32,000 nucleotides of DNA from Candidatus Woesearchaeota archaeon (GCA_964573185.1 CAZNIQ010000003.1:4595-36594); one strand, 5' to 3'; shown: positions 7,542 to 16,597, counted from the stretch's first letter. Program-made: numbers and translations. Notes: generated from the letters alone by a model not told the origin.

Positions 7542-7797
7542 AAATACAATATATGCCGTTACATCCTTCAATTTTTCCAATCAAATCTTCTATAATCTTC
7601 GTATCCCCCTCAATTTTTAGCATTTCTTCAAGTTCTGACTCTTTAATAATAATAGAAAGCATGCGATATTCTTTATTCTTTCTTGTAAAGAAAAAGTAAG
7701 ATAGTGTACGTTTATCATTTCTAATGTTGTAACTGTATGAGTATTCTATGATTTCATATCCCTTGCTTTTTAAAGATTTGAGAAAAAGCTTAAGCAT
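7495..7797 (-). CDS. Small hypothetical protein (about 100 aa), paralog of the upstream gene
   Basis: The ATG at 7797 overlaps the stop of 7790..8095 (ATGCTTAA). It shares the pattern L-x-x-L-K-x-x-G-[WY]...SYN...GKI-x-C with its neighbour. Its 3' end overlaps the phosphoesterase start by 47 nt. Confidence 0.5.
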   Translation of the reverse strand: MLKLFLKSLKSKGYEIIEYSYSYNIRNDKRTLSYFFFTRKNKEYRMLSIIIKESELEEMLKIEGDTKIIEDLIGKIEGCNGIYCIYEIRINRGYSYTKES

Positions 7798-8095
7798 TTT
7801 CAATTAAATAACATTTATCATCTTCACATTTTATTTTACCTTCAAAATACTTTTTTATAATTTGAATATACTTTTTAGGAAACTCTATACTTATTTTATA
7901 TTCATCGTTTATTCGTGATGCTCTTATTTTTATAAATTCTACATCTTCATTTATTTTATATAATAAAGCTTCAAATACGTATGTCTTATGAATTCCGTTT
8001 AAGTTGTAGCTTTTCTGTTCTGAAATTGTACCCCTCCATCCTTCCTTTTTTAATTCTTCCAATAACGTTTTGATTCTACTCTCTAGTGATGACAT
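7790..8095 (-). CDS. Small hypothetical protein (101 aa), paralog of the downstream gene
   Basis: The ORF starts with ATG and is coupled to the next ORF. It has no recognised family. Confidence 0.5.
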   Translation of the reverse strand: MSSLESRIKTLLEELKKEGWRGTISEQKSYNLNGIHKTYVFEALLYKINEDVEFIKIRASRINDEYKISIEFPKKYIQIIKKYFEGKIKCEDDKCYLIENA

Positions 8096-8128
8096 TTTAT
8101 TTAATTCAAAATAAAATTTAAACTTTTA

Positions 8129-9109
8129 ATGAAGGTCTCAATACTAATAGGAACTATAATAGGGGCAGGTGTTCTGTCTTTACCTTACGTATATTCAAAA
8201 TTAGGCCCTATTTTAGCAATTCTGTTAACCTTTCTATTTTCTCTTTTCTTTATTCTTATTGCAATAATTTATTCAAAAATAGCTTTAATGTACGGAAAGC
8301 ATCAATTCCCTGGATATGTTGAACTCTTTTTTGGCAAAAAAATAAAATATACCGTGTTATTGCTCTTGCTTATAACTTTATATGGAACTGTATTATCTTA
8401 TTATATTGCTCAAGCAAATGCTATCTACAATCTTACTGGGATACCAAAATATCTTGCTATTTTGTTATCCTTTCTTTTACTAAATCTAGCTTTAATAAAA
8501 AATATAAAAAGTGTTGAAGATTTCGAAAAAGCTAACGTATTAATTGTTATTTCTTTTCTGATAACGATTTCCTTCTATTTTTTAACATTTTACAATATAA
8601 ATATCAATAAACTATTTGAAATCCATCCGGAACATGTGGTTTATTTTATAGGGCCAATAATATTTTCTCTTTTTGGCCTAAATGCTATACCAGAATTAAG
8701 GGAGTTAATAAGTGATGAAAAGGAATTTAGGAATACTATAATCATTGGTTACTTAATACCTACAATTTTATACATATTGTTTTCACTATCTATTGTTTTA
8801 ACTCATAACGATATACCAAGCATAGCAACATTTCTTTTAGGACCATTAGGATATATCTTAACTTATATAATAACATTTAATCCAATGGTCTCTTTATCTT
8901 ACGCTATAAAAGAAATTTATCTCTTTGATTTAAAGCTAGATAATGAATTATCTCATGTTTTAACTGTTTTGCCGCCATTTTTGATCTCTTTTATTATAAA
9001 TGATCCAAAACAATTTGTAGGAGTATTATCAATTGTTGGCTGGTTATCTTTTTTAATAAGTATTCCCTTGATAGTAGTAATGTATTTAAGAATGAGAACG
9101 AAAAGATAG
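8129..9109 (+). CDS. Amino acid permease-like transporter (AAAP/HAAAP-type, short form)
   Basis: 326 aa with about 9-10 predicted TM helices. The N-terminal IGTIIGAGVLSLPYV resembles the GAG(I/M)L-x-(L/M)P signature of aromatic/hydroxy amino acid permeases. Confidence 0.6.
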   Translation: MKVSILIGTIIGAGVLSLPYVYSKLGPILAILLTFLFSLFFILIAIIYSKIALMYGKHQFPGYVELFFGKKIKYTVLLLLLITLYGTVLSYYIAQANAIYNLTGIPKYLAILLSFLLLNLALIKNIKSVEDFEKANVLIVISFLITISFYFLTFYNININKLFEIHPEHVVYFIGPIIFSLFGLNAIPELRELISDEKEFRNTIIIGYLIPTILYILFSLSIVLTHNDIPSIATFLLGPLGYILTYIITFNPMVSLSYAIKEIYLFDLKLDNELSHVLTVLPPFLISFIINDPKQFVGVLSIVGWLSFLISIPLIVVMYLRMRTKR

Positions 9110-9111
9110 AT

Positions 9112-9705
9112 ATGTATTACAAAAGCAATGAGGAAGAGTTCTTCAATTTTTACAGAAGAGTAGCTGAAAAAATAAGACCTAAAATTTATATAGGGGTTTT
9201 AGGTGGAGGAACCCAACATATTTTCTTTTTGAAATACTCTAGAATCACTATTTTAATAGACTTAAACTTGAAGCAAATAGAATATATAAAAGATTATAGG
9301 GATAAAGATTGTTCCTATATTTCAGAAAAACATAGCAAATACCCTATTTTTCCAGAATATGTATATCAAATTTGCTTGAAGTACGGAGACGTCTTAAAGT
9401 TAACTTCTGAAGAAGAATTAATTAATGCAGATATTTGGAAGATCCCCGTAAGAAAGGCAGATTTGATTTATCTTTCAAACGTACCTGATTACTTGCTAGA
9501 TAAGTTTTATAGAAGAAGGGAGTATCAGGAAGGAATTAAGACTTTAGTTAAAAAATTAGAAGAATTGCTGGAAATCTCGAATTACATTTTATTTGTCAAT
9601 ATGTATACACATTTATGGTTTTTGTATTCTAAGCTTCAAAGAATTCTAGAAAGGAAATATAAGGTTGTAAGATATAAGGATGCATATGTGGTTGGAAAAA
9701 CCTGA
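9112..9705 (+). CDS. Hypothetical protein, possible class I SAM-dependent methyltransferase fold
   Basis: 197 aa. IYIGVLGGGTQ is a glycine-rich motif I-like strand, ITILIDLN supplies an acidic residue at the strand 2 end, and ADLIYLSNVPDYL is motif IV-like. The assignment is tentative. Confidence 0.4.
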   Translation: MYYKSNEEEFFNFYRRVAEKIRPKIYIGVLGGGTQHIFFLKYSRITILIDLNLKQIEYIKDYRDKDCSYISEKHSKYPIFPEYVYQICLKYGDVLKLTSEEELINADIWKIPVRKADLIYLSNVPDYLLDKFYRRREYQEGIKTLVKKLEELLEISNYILFVNMYTHLWFLYSKLQRILERKYKVVRYKDAYVVGKT

Positions 9706-11197
9706 CATTCATTGGAAAGCTTATGATGTTTTAGCTCACCAAATTGTAGGATTAACAATTGATTTCGGAGAAGCTGATATAGATTTTGTTTGGAGAACTA
9801 TAAAAAGATGTTACCTGTATAAAGATTTAACTTATGAAGAATTCTTGAAATTGCTTGAATTTTTAGATTCTTTAAAGTTAATAAAGTTTGATAAAGAAAA
9901 TAAAAAGATAACAAAAACTAGAAAGGGATTTTTCTATTATTTAGAAAATGTTTCAATGATTCCAGATGAAAAATCATATGATGTAATAGATATTAACACT
10001 AGAACAAAAATAGGTATTTTACATGAGGAATTTGTTGCTAAGCATGGGGAGCCAGGTACAATATTTATTTTAAGAGGTTTGCCTTGGAAAATAGAAAAAA
10101 TAGAAAAAGATAAAATATATGTTTCATTGGAAAAAGATTTTGAAAGTGCTATACCATCTTGGGAAGGAGAATTAATTCCAGTACCTTTCGAGGTTGCACA
10201 ACTAGCTACTGAATTAAAAAAAGAAAATTTAGAGAAATTTGAGGAATTAAAGAATCAAAAATATTGGTTTATACCTGATAAAAACAAAATCTTTATAGAA
10301 TCATACAAAGATTTTATAATAATCCATTCTCCTTTTGGTTCAAAAGTTAATGATACGTTATCAAGGCTATTGGCTTATATCCTTTCAAAAGAATATGGTT
10401 TAGTCGTTGGTTTAAAAACAGACCCTTATAGAATTATTCTGAAAGGAAACATATCTAAAGAAAAAGTGAAAGAAACTTTAGAAAGTTTACCAGAGGATAT
10501 TGAAAATATATTAAAAGAAGCTTTATTTTATATGGATTATTTTTTATGGAGGTTTAAGCATGTAGCTAGAAGATTTGGTATAATATCTAAAAAAGCAGAA
10601 TATTCTAAAGGATTCTTAAGAAGACTAGCTGAAAGTTTAAAAGATACTTTTGTTGTAGAGGAAACTTTCAAAGAAATCTTTACAGAAAAGCTGGATATTG
10701 AGAGAACTAAAGAAATTATAAAGAAAATAAAAGAAGGAGAAATAAAGATTGAAATTATTAATAAAGATAAGCCAAGTCCTTTAGCGATACTTGGATTGGA
10801 AACATACATATCTGATATAATGTTAGCTGATAGATATAAGGAGATTATAAGGTTAGTTAAAGAGAGATTAGAGAACACCGAATTAATATTTGTTTGTATG
10901 AATTGTAAAAGAATATACAAAATGAAAGTAAAAGATTGGAAGCCATTTAAATGCGTATGTGGTTCAGAATATTTTGGAGTTGTGAAAAGAGAGGAAGATA
11001 TCAAAAAAGAAGAAGTTCTTTATGCTACAGCGGATTTATTGAAGCAATGTGGTAAGAAATTCCTTTTAATATATGCAGGCAAAGGAATTAGTTATACTGT
11101 AGCAGCTCATTTATGCTCAAAGAAATACGAAAATGAAGAGCAATTAATTTTAGATATTATTGAGTTTGAGAAAAAGTTTTTGAAAAGAAGATTTTAA
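9680..11197 (+). CDS. Stand-alone Lhr-type helicase C-terminal region (DEAD/H-associated winged-helix + domain 4 + Zn ribbon); no helicase core
   Basis: 505 aa beginning ...KAYDVLAHQIVGL, the start of the Lhr winged-helix/DEAD_assoc region. A C-terminal CMNCKRIY...CVCGSEY zinc ribbon is present. No Walker A or DEAH motifs occur in this ORF or in the ORF upstream. Confidence 0.7.
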   Translation: MHMWLEKPDIHWKAYDVLAHQIVGLTIDFGEADIDFVWRTIKRCYLYKDLTYEEFLKLLEFLDSLKLIKFDKENKKITKTRKGFFYYLENVSMIPDEKSYDVIDINTRTKIGILHEEFVAKHGEPGTIFILRGLPWKIEKIEKDKIYVSLEKDFESAIPSWEGELIPVPFEVAQLATELKKENLEKFEELKNQKYWFIPDKNKIFIESYKDFIIIHSPFGSKVNDTLSRLLAYILSKEYGLVVGLKTDPYRIILKGNISKEKVKETLESLPEDIENILKEALFYMDYFLWRFKHVARRFGIISKKAEYSKGFLRRLAESLKDTFVVEETFKEIFTEKLDIERTKEIIKKIKEGEIKIEIINKDKPSPLAILGLETYISDIMLADRYKEIIRLVKERLENTELIFVCMNCKRIYKMKVKDWKPFKCVCGSEYFGVVKREEDIKKEEVLYATADLLKQCGKKFLLIYAGKGISYTVAAHLCSKKYENEEQLILDIIEFEKKFLKRRF

Positions 11198-12231
11198 GAT
11201 TTTCCAGCCTCTTTCTTTAACTGCTCAAATCTTTCATCAATCATCTTCTTTAACTTATCACCAATGTATTTACCGGGTGAAAATGCATCCACTCTTGCAG
11301 CTATAGCTATTTTAGCTGCCAAAGTTCTTGCCATTCTACCTCTAAGTTTCTTTGGCAACCTTTGAACGTAAGGGTGATTAAATAATACTCCGTGTTTTGG
11401 TGGTGGAGAACCTTTTCTTAAGTGTCTGAACAAAGCTTTTTCTGCACCTAAGACCTGTATTGTAGAAGCTGGTAACATGGCTAAATCTCTTAATGATCCT
11501 GCTAAAGATATTAATCTTGCACCTACTAAAGGACCAGCAACTGCTGTAACATTTGGAGCAACTTTTTCCATCATTTCCTTTATATACTCTATCAACTTCT
11601 TCCTTAATTCATATAGTTCCTTTATTCTTTTAGCATATTCTTTTAACATTTCTATTTCTTTTTCAGATAATTCTCCACCCATCGTTTCTTTTATTCCTAA
11701 CTCTTTCATTATTTCCTCTCTAGTTTTACTCATCGCCAATTCTACCAATTTTTCGTGATCTTCTATTAACATTTCAACTTCTGGAGCATACAAGCCATAC
11801 CACTCTCTAAACCTTTCAATCATCAAGTTAATAATCCTGTTTAAATCGTCTAGAGCATTTATAGCTTGTATTATCAATAAATCAGATGTTACTGACTTTG
11901 ATATTTCTTTTCTAGTTACGGATACCATCAATTCTTGAACTTTGTTCCATTCTTCTCTCTTTACAGTTTTTCTTATAACTTCCATAGCTTTGTTTATCTT
12001 CTTAGGATCATCATCAAACTTCAAATCCAAACCTTCTCTTTTTGGACCTAAATAAATCAATTCATCATATTTCTTTTTCAATTCTTCATAAATTTTCTTC
12101 TCTTTTTCAATTGCTTTTCCCTCTTTTATCTTTAATACTTCATCAACTGTTAAATCTAAAGGTATTCTTTCTTTTAGATTAAAATTTTCATCAAAAACAT
12201 AGATTCCTGTTACATGTGTCAGTACGTACAT
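11194..12231 (-). CDS. nop5: C/D box sRNP core protein Nop5 (Nop56/58)
   Basis: 345 aa. The Nop domain signature is LGAEKALFRHLRKGSPPPKHGVLFNHPYV, followed by ARTLAAKIAIAARVD. Confidence 0.9.
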   Translation of the reverse strand: MYVLTHVTGIYVFDENFNLKERIPLDLTVDEVLKIKEGKAIEKEKKIYEELKKKYDELIYLGPKREGLDLKFDDDPKKINKAMEVIRKTVKREEWNKVQELMVSVTRKEISKSVTSDLLIIQAINALDDLNRIINLMIERFREWYGLYAPEVEMLIEDHEKLVELAMSKTREEIMKELGIKETMGGELSEKEIEMLKEYAKRIKELYELRKKLIEYIKEMMEKVAPNVTAVAGPLVGARLISLAGSLRDLAMLPASTIQVLGAEKALFRHLRKGSPPPKHGVLFNHPYVQRLPKKLRGRMARTLAAKIAIAARVDAFSPGKYIGDKLKKMIDERFEQLKKEAGKS

Positions 12232-12261
12232 TTAAAAAATTAAGAATGGTAATTTAAAAAT

Positions 12262-12426
12262 CTATTTCTTCTCAAGTAACTTCTCTATTTTCTCATCAAT
12301 CTTCAAAATTTTCTCTTCTAATGAAATAATTTTTTCCTCTAAGATCAGAACTTTCTTTAAAGCAACTGCTATGGCTAGAACAGCCCCTAACGTCAAGGCT
12401 ATTAAGATTAAGATTGCGTACTCCAT
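12262..12426 (-). CDS. Small membrane-anchored coiled-coil protein (54 aa), below the ORF-track size cut-off
   Basis: Hand translation gives MEYAILILIALTLGAVLAIAVALKKVLILEEKIISLEEKILKIDEKIEKLLEKK, ending in TAG. It has one TM helix plus a heptad repeat, and it fills the otherwise empty gap between rps10 and nop5. Confidence 0.4.
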   Translation of the reverse strand: MEYAILILIALTLGAVLAIAVALKKVLILEEKIISLEEKILKIDEKIEKLLEKK

Positions 12427-12440
12427 AAAAAAGAATTATT

Positions 12441-12749
12441 TTACCTTTTTATAACTTTCATTTCAACTTGTACCCCCTCTGGTATCGGAATTCTCATTAA
12501 TTCTCTTATAGTTCTTTCATCCATTGCTATATCTATTAATCTCCTATGTATTCTTAGCTGGTATGTGACATAATACTTCTTTCCCCTAGTTCCAGTATTT
12601 GACATTGTTGAAATTCTCAATATTTTTGTTGGTAGTGGTATTGGACCTCTCATTTCTACTCCAGTTTTCTGAACAATCTTCTTTATTTCATCAATTACTT
12701 GATTTAACTTACCAACATCGGTGGAAGTTAATTTAATGCGGATGTACAT
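12441..12749 (-). CDS. rps10: 30S ribosomal protein S10 (uS10)
   Basis: 102 aa with RIKL...GPIPLPT...RIHRRLIDI, at the canonical position downstream of tuf. Confidence 0.95.
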   Translation of the reverse strand: MYIRIKLTSTDVGKLNQVIDEIKKIVQKTGVEMRGPIPLPTKILRISTMSNTGTRGKKYYVTYQLRIHRRLIDIAMDERTIRELMRIPIPEGVQVEMKVIKR

Positions 12750-12765
12750 AAGAAAAAAGAGAAGT

Positions 12766-14091
12766 TTATTTGATTTGTATTTCCTTCTTCTTGGTTACCT
12801 TTATACACATTCCTGCTGCAACAGTTCTTCCCATATCTCTTATAGCAAATCTTGCTAATTGTGGTATAAATGATACTTCTTCAATTACTAAAGGTCTTGT
12901 TGGTTGTACTGTTATTATTGCTGCGTCACCAGGCTTTATGAATTGTGGGTTTTGCTCTGCTACCTTACCTGTCTTAGGATCTAGCTTAGCATCGATAGAT
13001 ACTATCTTACAAGCTACTGCTGCTGTGTGGACGTGGAATACAGGTGTATATCCGGGAGCTATTACAGAAGGGTGCCATAGAACTATTATTTGTGCCTTAA
13101 ATTCTTCTGCAACAGTTGGTAATGGTTCTCCTATTTTACCTATAACATCTCCTCTTGAAATATCTCTCTTTTCAACACCTCTTATGTTTATACCTATGTT
13201 ATCTCCAGCTACAGCTTCTTCTAATGGTTGATGATGCATTTCTATAGATCTTACTTCACCTACAACTCCATTTGGCTTCTTTGAAGGTAATATAATTACT
13301 TTGTCTCCAACTCTTACTCTTCCAGTTTCTACTTTTCCTACAGGTACAGTACCTACACCCTTAATTGAATATACATCTTGTATTGGCATTCTGAATGGCT
13401 TATCTATTGGTCTTGGAGGTTCTTCTAATAAATCAAAAGCTTCATATAATGTCGGTCCATTGTACCATGGCATCTTATCGGATTTTTTCACAATGTTATC
13501 TCCATAGTAGGCAGAAGCAGGTATTATAGCTTTAATAGCTTTTTCAGGGATTCCTAATAGTTTAAATATTTTTAATACCATATTCTTAACTTCTTCAAAT
13601 CTCTTTTGATCATAATTTACTGTGTCCATTTTGTTTATTACAATAATGTATTGATTTATTCCTAGAACTTTTGTTAATATAATATGTTCTCTTCCTTGTC
13701 CTTCCGGTCCTAAAGCAGTCTCAGCTTCACCAGGTTTTGCAGATACAACAAGTACAGCAGCATCTGCTTGCTTTGCGCCAGTAATCATGTTCTTAATGAA
13801 ATCTCTATGTCCAGGAGCATCTATAATTGTAATTTCATATTTCTTTGTTTCAATCTTATAATGAGAAATATCTATTGTTAAACCTCTTTGTCTCTCTTCC
13901 TTTAATCTATCCATGATAAAAGCAAATTCAAACGTTTCTTTTCCCAATTCTTGTGCTAATTTCTTTAATTCTTCCAAGGTTTTCTGGTCAATCAAACCCA
14001 AATCTACTAATAATCTTCCAATTGTAGTTGACTTTCCGTTATCTACGTGCCCTACGAATACTATGTTCAAGTGTGGCTTTTGTCTAGGCAT
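12766..14091 (-). CDS. tuf: Translation elongation factor EF-1 alpha
   Basis: 441 aa with GHVDNGKST, DAPGHRDF and NKMD GTPase motifs. Confidence 0.97.
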   Translation of the reverse strand: MPRQKPHLNIVFVGHVDNGKSTTIGRLLVDLGLIDQKTLEELKKLAQELGKETFEFAFIMDRLKEERQRGLTIDISHYKIETKKYEITIIDAPGHRDFIKNMITGAKQADAAVLVVSAKPGEAETALGPEGQGREHIILTKVLGINQYIIVINKMDTVNYDQKRFEEVKNMVLKIFKLLGIPEKAIKAIIPASAYYGDNIVKKSDKMPWYNGPTLYEAFDLLEEPPRPIDKPFRMPIQDVYSIKGVGTVPVGKVETGRVRVGDKVIILPSKKPNGVVGEVRSIEMHHQPLEEAVAGDNIGINIRGVEKRDISRGDVIGKIGEPLPTVAEEFKAQIIVLWHPSVIAPGYTPVFHVHTAAVACKIVSIDAKLDPKTGKVAEQNPQFIKPGDAAIITVQPTRPLVIEEVSFIPQLARFAIRDMGRTVAAGMCIKVTKKKEIQIK

Positions 14092-14121
14092 GAGAATGAA
14101 TTAAAGAAAAAATTTATAAAG

Positions 14122-16344
14122 TTATACCAATTCTGCGTTTACGTCTAATCCTTTTCTCTTTCTTATTTCTTCAACTACTTTTGGTAATAATTCATCTGGA
14201 AGCTTCTCATAAGTCTGATCTACTAGATACCAGACACCCCTTCCGGATGTAGCAGATCTTAATTCATCTGTAAATCCAAACATTTCCGCTACAGGCACTT
14301 TTGCTTTTATCTTAGTAACATCCTCTTCCATTTGAACATCCAATACCTGACCTCTCCTTTTTGTTACTAAATTTATGGCTTCAGACATATAATCTGGAGG
14401 AACTACTATTTCGATTATCTGTACTGGTTCATATAGAATTATACCTCCTTGTCTCATTGCTTCTCTTATGGCCATTCTAGTAGCTGGAATTATCTGTCCT
14501 GGGCCTCTATGTATAGGATCTTCATGTAATACAGCATCTACTAGCTTTACTTTTAGGCCCATACAAGGTTCTCTTGCTAATGGTCCCGCATCCATTACTG
14601 ATTTGAATCCTTCAATTATCATCTCAATTACTTCTCCTATATGTACTATACCTCTTGTCATATCTAAGAACATGTTATCTCTATAAACATACCTAACTCT
14701 TCTAGCTTCTTCTTTATCCATTCCCAATTCTTCTACAAATACTTTCCAAAGATCCGATCCTTCTTTTATTCTTCCTTCAGGTATTTTTCCTTCTTTAATC
14801 AATTGTCTTAGCTTATGTAATTGTTCTTCAGGTATGGGTTCAACAACAATATATAATTTGTTGTGCTTGTTCGGTGATTTTCCTTCTACTGGTCCTGCAG
14901 GTTTCCTTACAGATTCTCTATAAACAACTATTGGTGGAGATGTTTTTACGGGAATCTTAAAATCGTTCTTAATTCTGTATTCAATGATTTCTAAATGCAA
15001 ATCACCTAAACCAGAAACAAGGATCTCACCAGTTTCTTGATTTATTTCTACCTTGATTGTAGGATCTTCTTTTTCAAGCAACTTCAGTGTTTCAATTAAT
15101 TTGGGCAAATCTTGTGGGTTTTCTGGTTCGAAAGCTTTTGTAACAACAGGATCTAACCAATGCTTCAATTCTTCAAATGGTTCTATTTGTGGAATTTCTT
15201 CAGGATTCTCTATTTTAACAATAGTTTCTCCCGGTCTTATTTCTCTTATACCTGTTAAAGCAATAATGTTTCCAGCTTTTACTTCTTCTACAGGTAATCT
15301 TTGAATACCTTTCCAGACAGCTAGCTGTTGAATTCTTACTTTCTTTTTGGCAGTAACTAAATAGACAAGATCTCCTTTTCTAAGAGTTCCAGACCAAATT
15401 CTTGCAGTAGCTATTAATTGTTTAGAAACCTTATCAATTATAACATTTGTAACGTTTATGACACAAGGACCGTTTGGGTCACAATTTAACATTGCTTGTC
15501 CATACTTTGAATTTATATCTCCTTTCCATATCTTTGGTATTCTATATTTTTGTGCTTCTACGGGGGAAGGTAAATGTCTAACAACCATATCTAGAACTAC
15601 TTTATACACAGGAGCTTTCTTTGCAGCAGCTTCTTTTAATTTCTCTTTATCATTTCCATATTTTTCATAAATCTCAATTATATCTTTAAATGAAACACCT
15701 GTTTTCTGCATGAAAGGCACAGATAAAGCCCAATGATATTTTGCTGAGCCAAAAGCTACAGAGCCGTCTTGAACCCTTACCATCCATTTGTCTTTAAACT
15801 CTGGAGGAGCATATTTTCTGATTAAAGCATTAACATCTTTTACTATTTTAGCAATTCTTTCCATTATTTTTTCGGGAGGCAATTGTAATTCAGTTATGGC
15901 TCTATCAACTTTATTTATAAATAGAACAGGCTTAACATATTCTTTCAAGGCAGTTCTTAACACAGATTCTGTCTGTGGCATTACGCCGTCTACAAAATCT
16001 ACTACAACTATTGCCCCATCAATAGCTCTTGCAGCTCTTGTAACTTGTCCAGAGAACTCAACGTGACCGGGAGTATCTATTAAGTTAATTAGATATTCTT
16101 TTCCTTCGTATTTATGAATCATAGAAACAGCAGCACCGTAAACTGTCATTTCTCTTTGCCTTTCAGTTTCATGCCACCAAGTAAACATCGCCTCACCTGC
16201 TAATTGTTCTGAGAGCATTCCTGCTCCAGCTAGTAGATTATCTGTTAATGTTGTTTTTCCATGATGTATATGTGCTATAATACCGATATTTCTTATTTGC
16301 TCAGGCTTATTCATAAGTTCCAATACTTTCTTCGTAAGATCCAT
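14122..16344 (-). CDS. fusA: Translation elongation factor EF-2
   Basis: 740 aa with AHIHHGKTT (G1), DTPGHVEF and NKVD motifs, and the diphthamide-loop HEDPIHRGPGQIIPA. Confidence 0.97.
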   Translation of the reverse strand: MDLTKKVLELMNKPEQIRNIGIIAHIHHGKTTLTDNLLAGAGMLSEQLAGEAMFTWWHETERQREMTVYGAAVSMIHKYEGKEYLINLIDTPGHVEFSGQVTRAARAIDGAIVVVDFVDGVMPQTESVLRTALKEYVKPVLFINKVDRAITELQLPPEKIMERIAKIVKDVNALIRKYAPPEFKDKWMVRVQDGSVAFGSAKYHWALSVPFMQKTGVSFKDIIEIYEKYGNDKEKLKEAAAKKAPVYKVVLDMVVRHLPSPVEAQKYRIPKIWKGDINSKYGQAMLNCDPNGPCVINVTNVIIDKVSKQLIATARIWSGTLRKGDLVYLVTAKKKVRIQQLAVWKGIQRLPVEEVKAGNIIALTGIREIRPGETIVKIENPEEIPQIEPFEELKHWLDPVVTKAFEPENPQDLPKLIETLKLLEKEDPTIKVEINQETGEILVSGLGDLHLEIIEYRIKNDFKIPVKTSPPIVVYRESVRKPAGPVEGKSPNKHNKLYIVVEPIPEEQLHKLRQLIKEGKIPEGRIKEGSDLWKVFVEELGMDKEEARRVRYVYRDNMFLDMTRGIVHIGEVIEMIIEGFKSVMDAGPLAREPCMGLKVKLVDAVLHEDPIHRGPGQIIPATRMAIREAMRQGGIILYEPVQIIEIVVPPDYMSEAINLVTKRRGQVLDVQMEEDVTKIKAKVPVAEMFGFTDELRSATSGRGVWYLVDQTYEKLPDELLPKVVEEIRKRKGLDVNAELV

Positions 16345-16361
16345 TGTGTAACGTACATAGC

Positions 16362-16373
16362 AAAATTTTTAAA
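16362..16373 (-). promoter_or_regulatory. Putative TATA box for fusA
   Basis: The minus strand reads tttaaaaatttt, centred about 23-24 nt upstream of the ATG at 16344. Confidence 0.4.
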
Positions 16374-16544
16374 TGAAGGGTAAAATTATTTACTACCTAT
16401 TGGTTATTTTATTTTTAAAAATTTTGTTGTTCAGAAAAGCATAATCCTACATAAATTAACCTAGATTATTTTGATCAAATCTTTCAATTTTCCAAAAGAG
16501 GCATTCGAAATATAGAAAATTTTTAATAACTTTTGTAATTTTAG

Positions 16545-16574
16545 AAGGTCGTATAATTTTAGTTATACGACCTT
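16545..16574. repeat. Perfect 12-6-12 inverted repeat, dif-like candidate Xer recombination site
   Basis: AAGGTCGTATAA-TTTTAG-TTATACGACCTT. The arms are exact reverse complements separated by a 6-bp spacer, and the inner arm sequence is CGTATAA/TTATACG. Confidence 0.5.
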
Positions 16575-16597
16575 ACCCAAAATAAATTTATTAAATT

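Noticed and set aside
7542-7580. 13-codon N-terminal extension of the phosphoesterase from a TTG start
   Set aside because: The family normally begins M-K-hydrophobic-x-hydrophobic-SDTH right at the first beta strand. The ATG at 7541 gives MKLGLIGDTH, so the extension is just the longest-ORF artefact.
10537-11758. Antisense ORFs 10537-11004 (-) and 11477-11758 (+)
   Set aside because: They are embedded in the Lhr C-terminal gene and in nop5 respectively. Both are Ser/Ile/Phe/Leu-rich low-complexity shadow frames.
12770-16066. Seven + strand ORFs (12770-13231, 13301-13507, 13913-14104, 14468-14686, 15053-15304, 15458-15670, 15788-16066)
   Set aside because: All are antisense to the highly conserved tuf and fusA genes. 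Long antisense frames are expected opposite codon-biased, highly expressed genes, and none has independent start or promoter context.
16373-16444. 23-codon hydrophobic micro-ORF (MKGKIIYYLLVILFLKILLFRKA) in the fusA/ORF16619 intergenic region
   Set aside because: It is too short and too AT-driven to distinguish from chance. Its ATG overlaps the fusA TATA-like box, and nothing else supports it.
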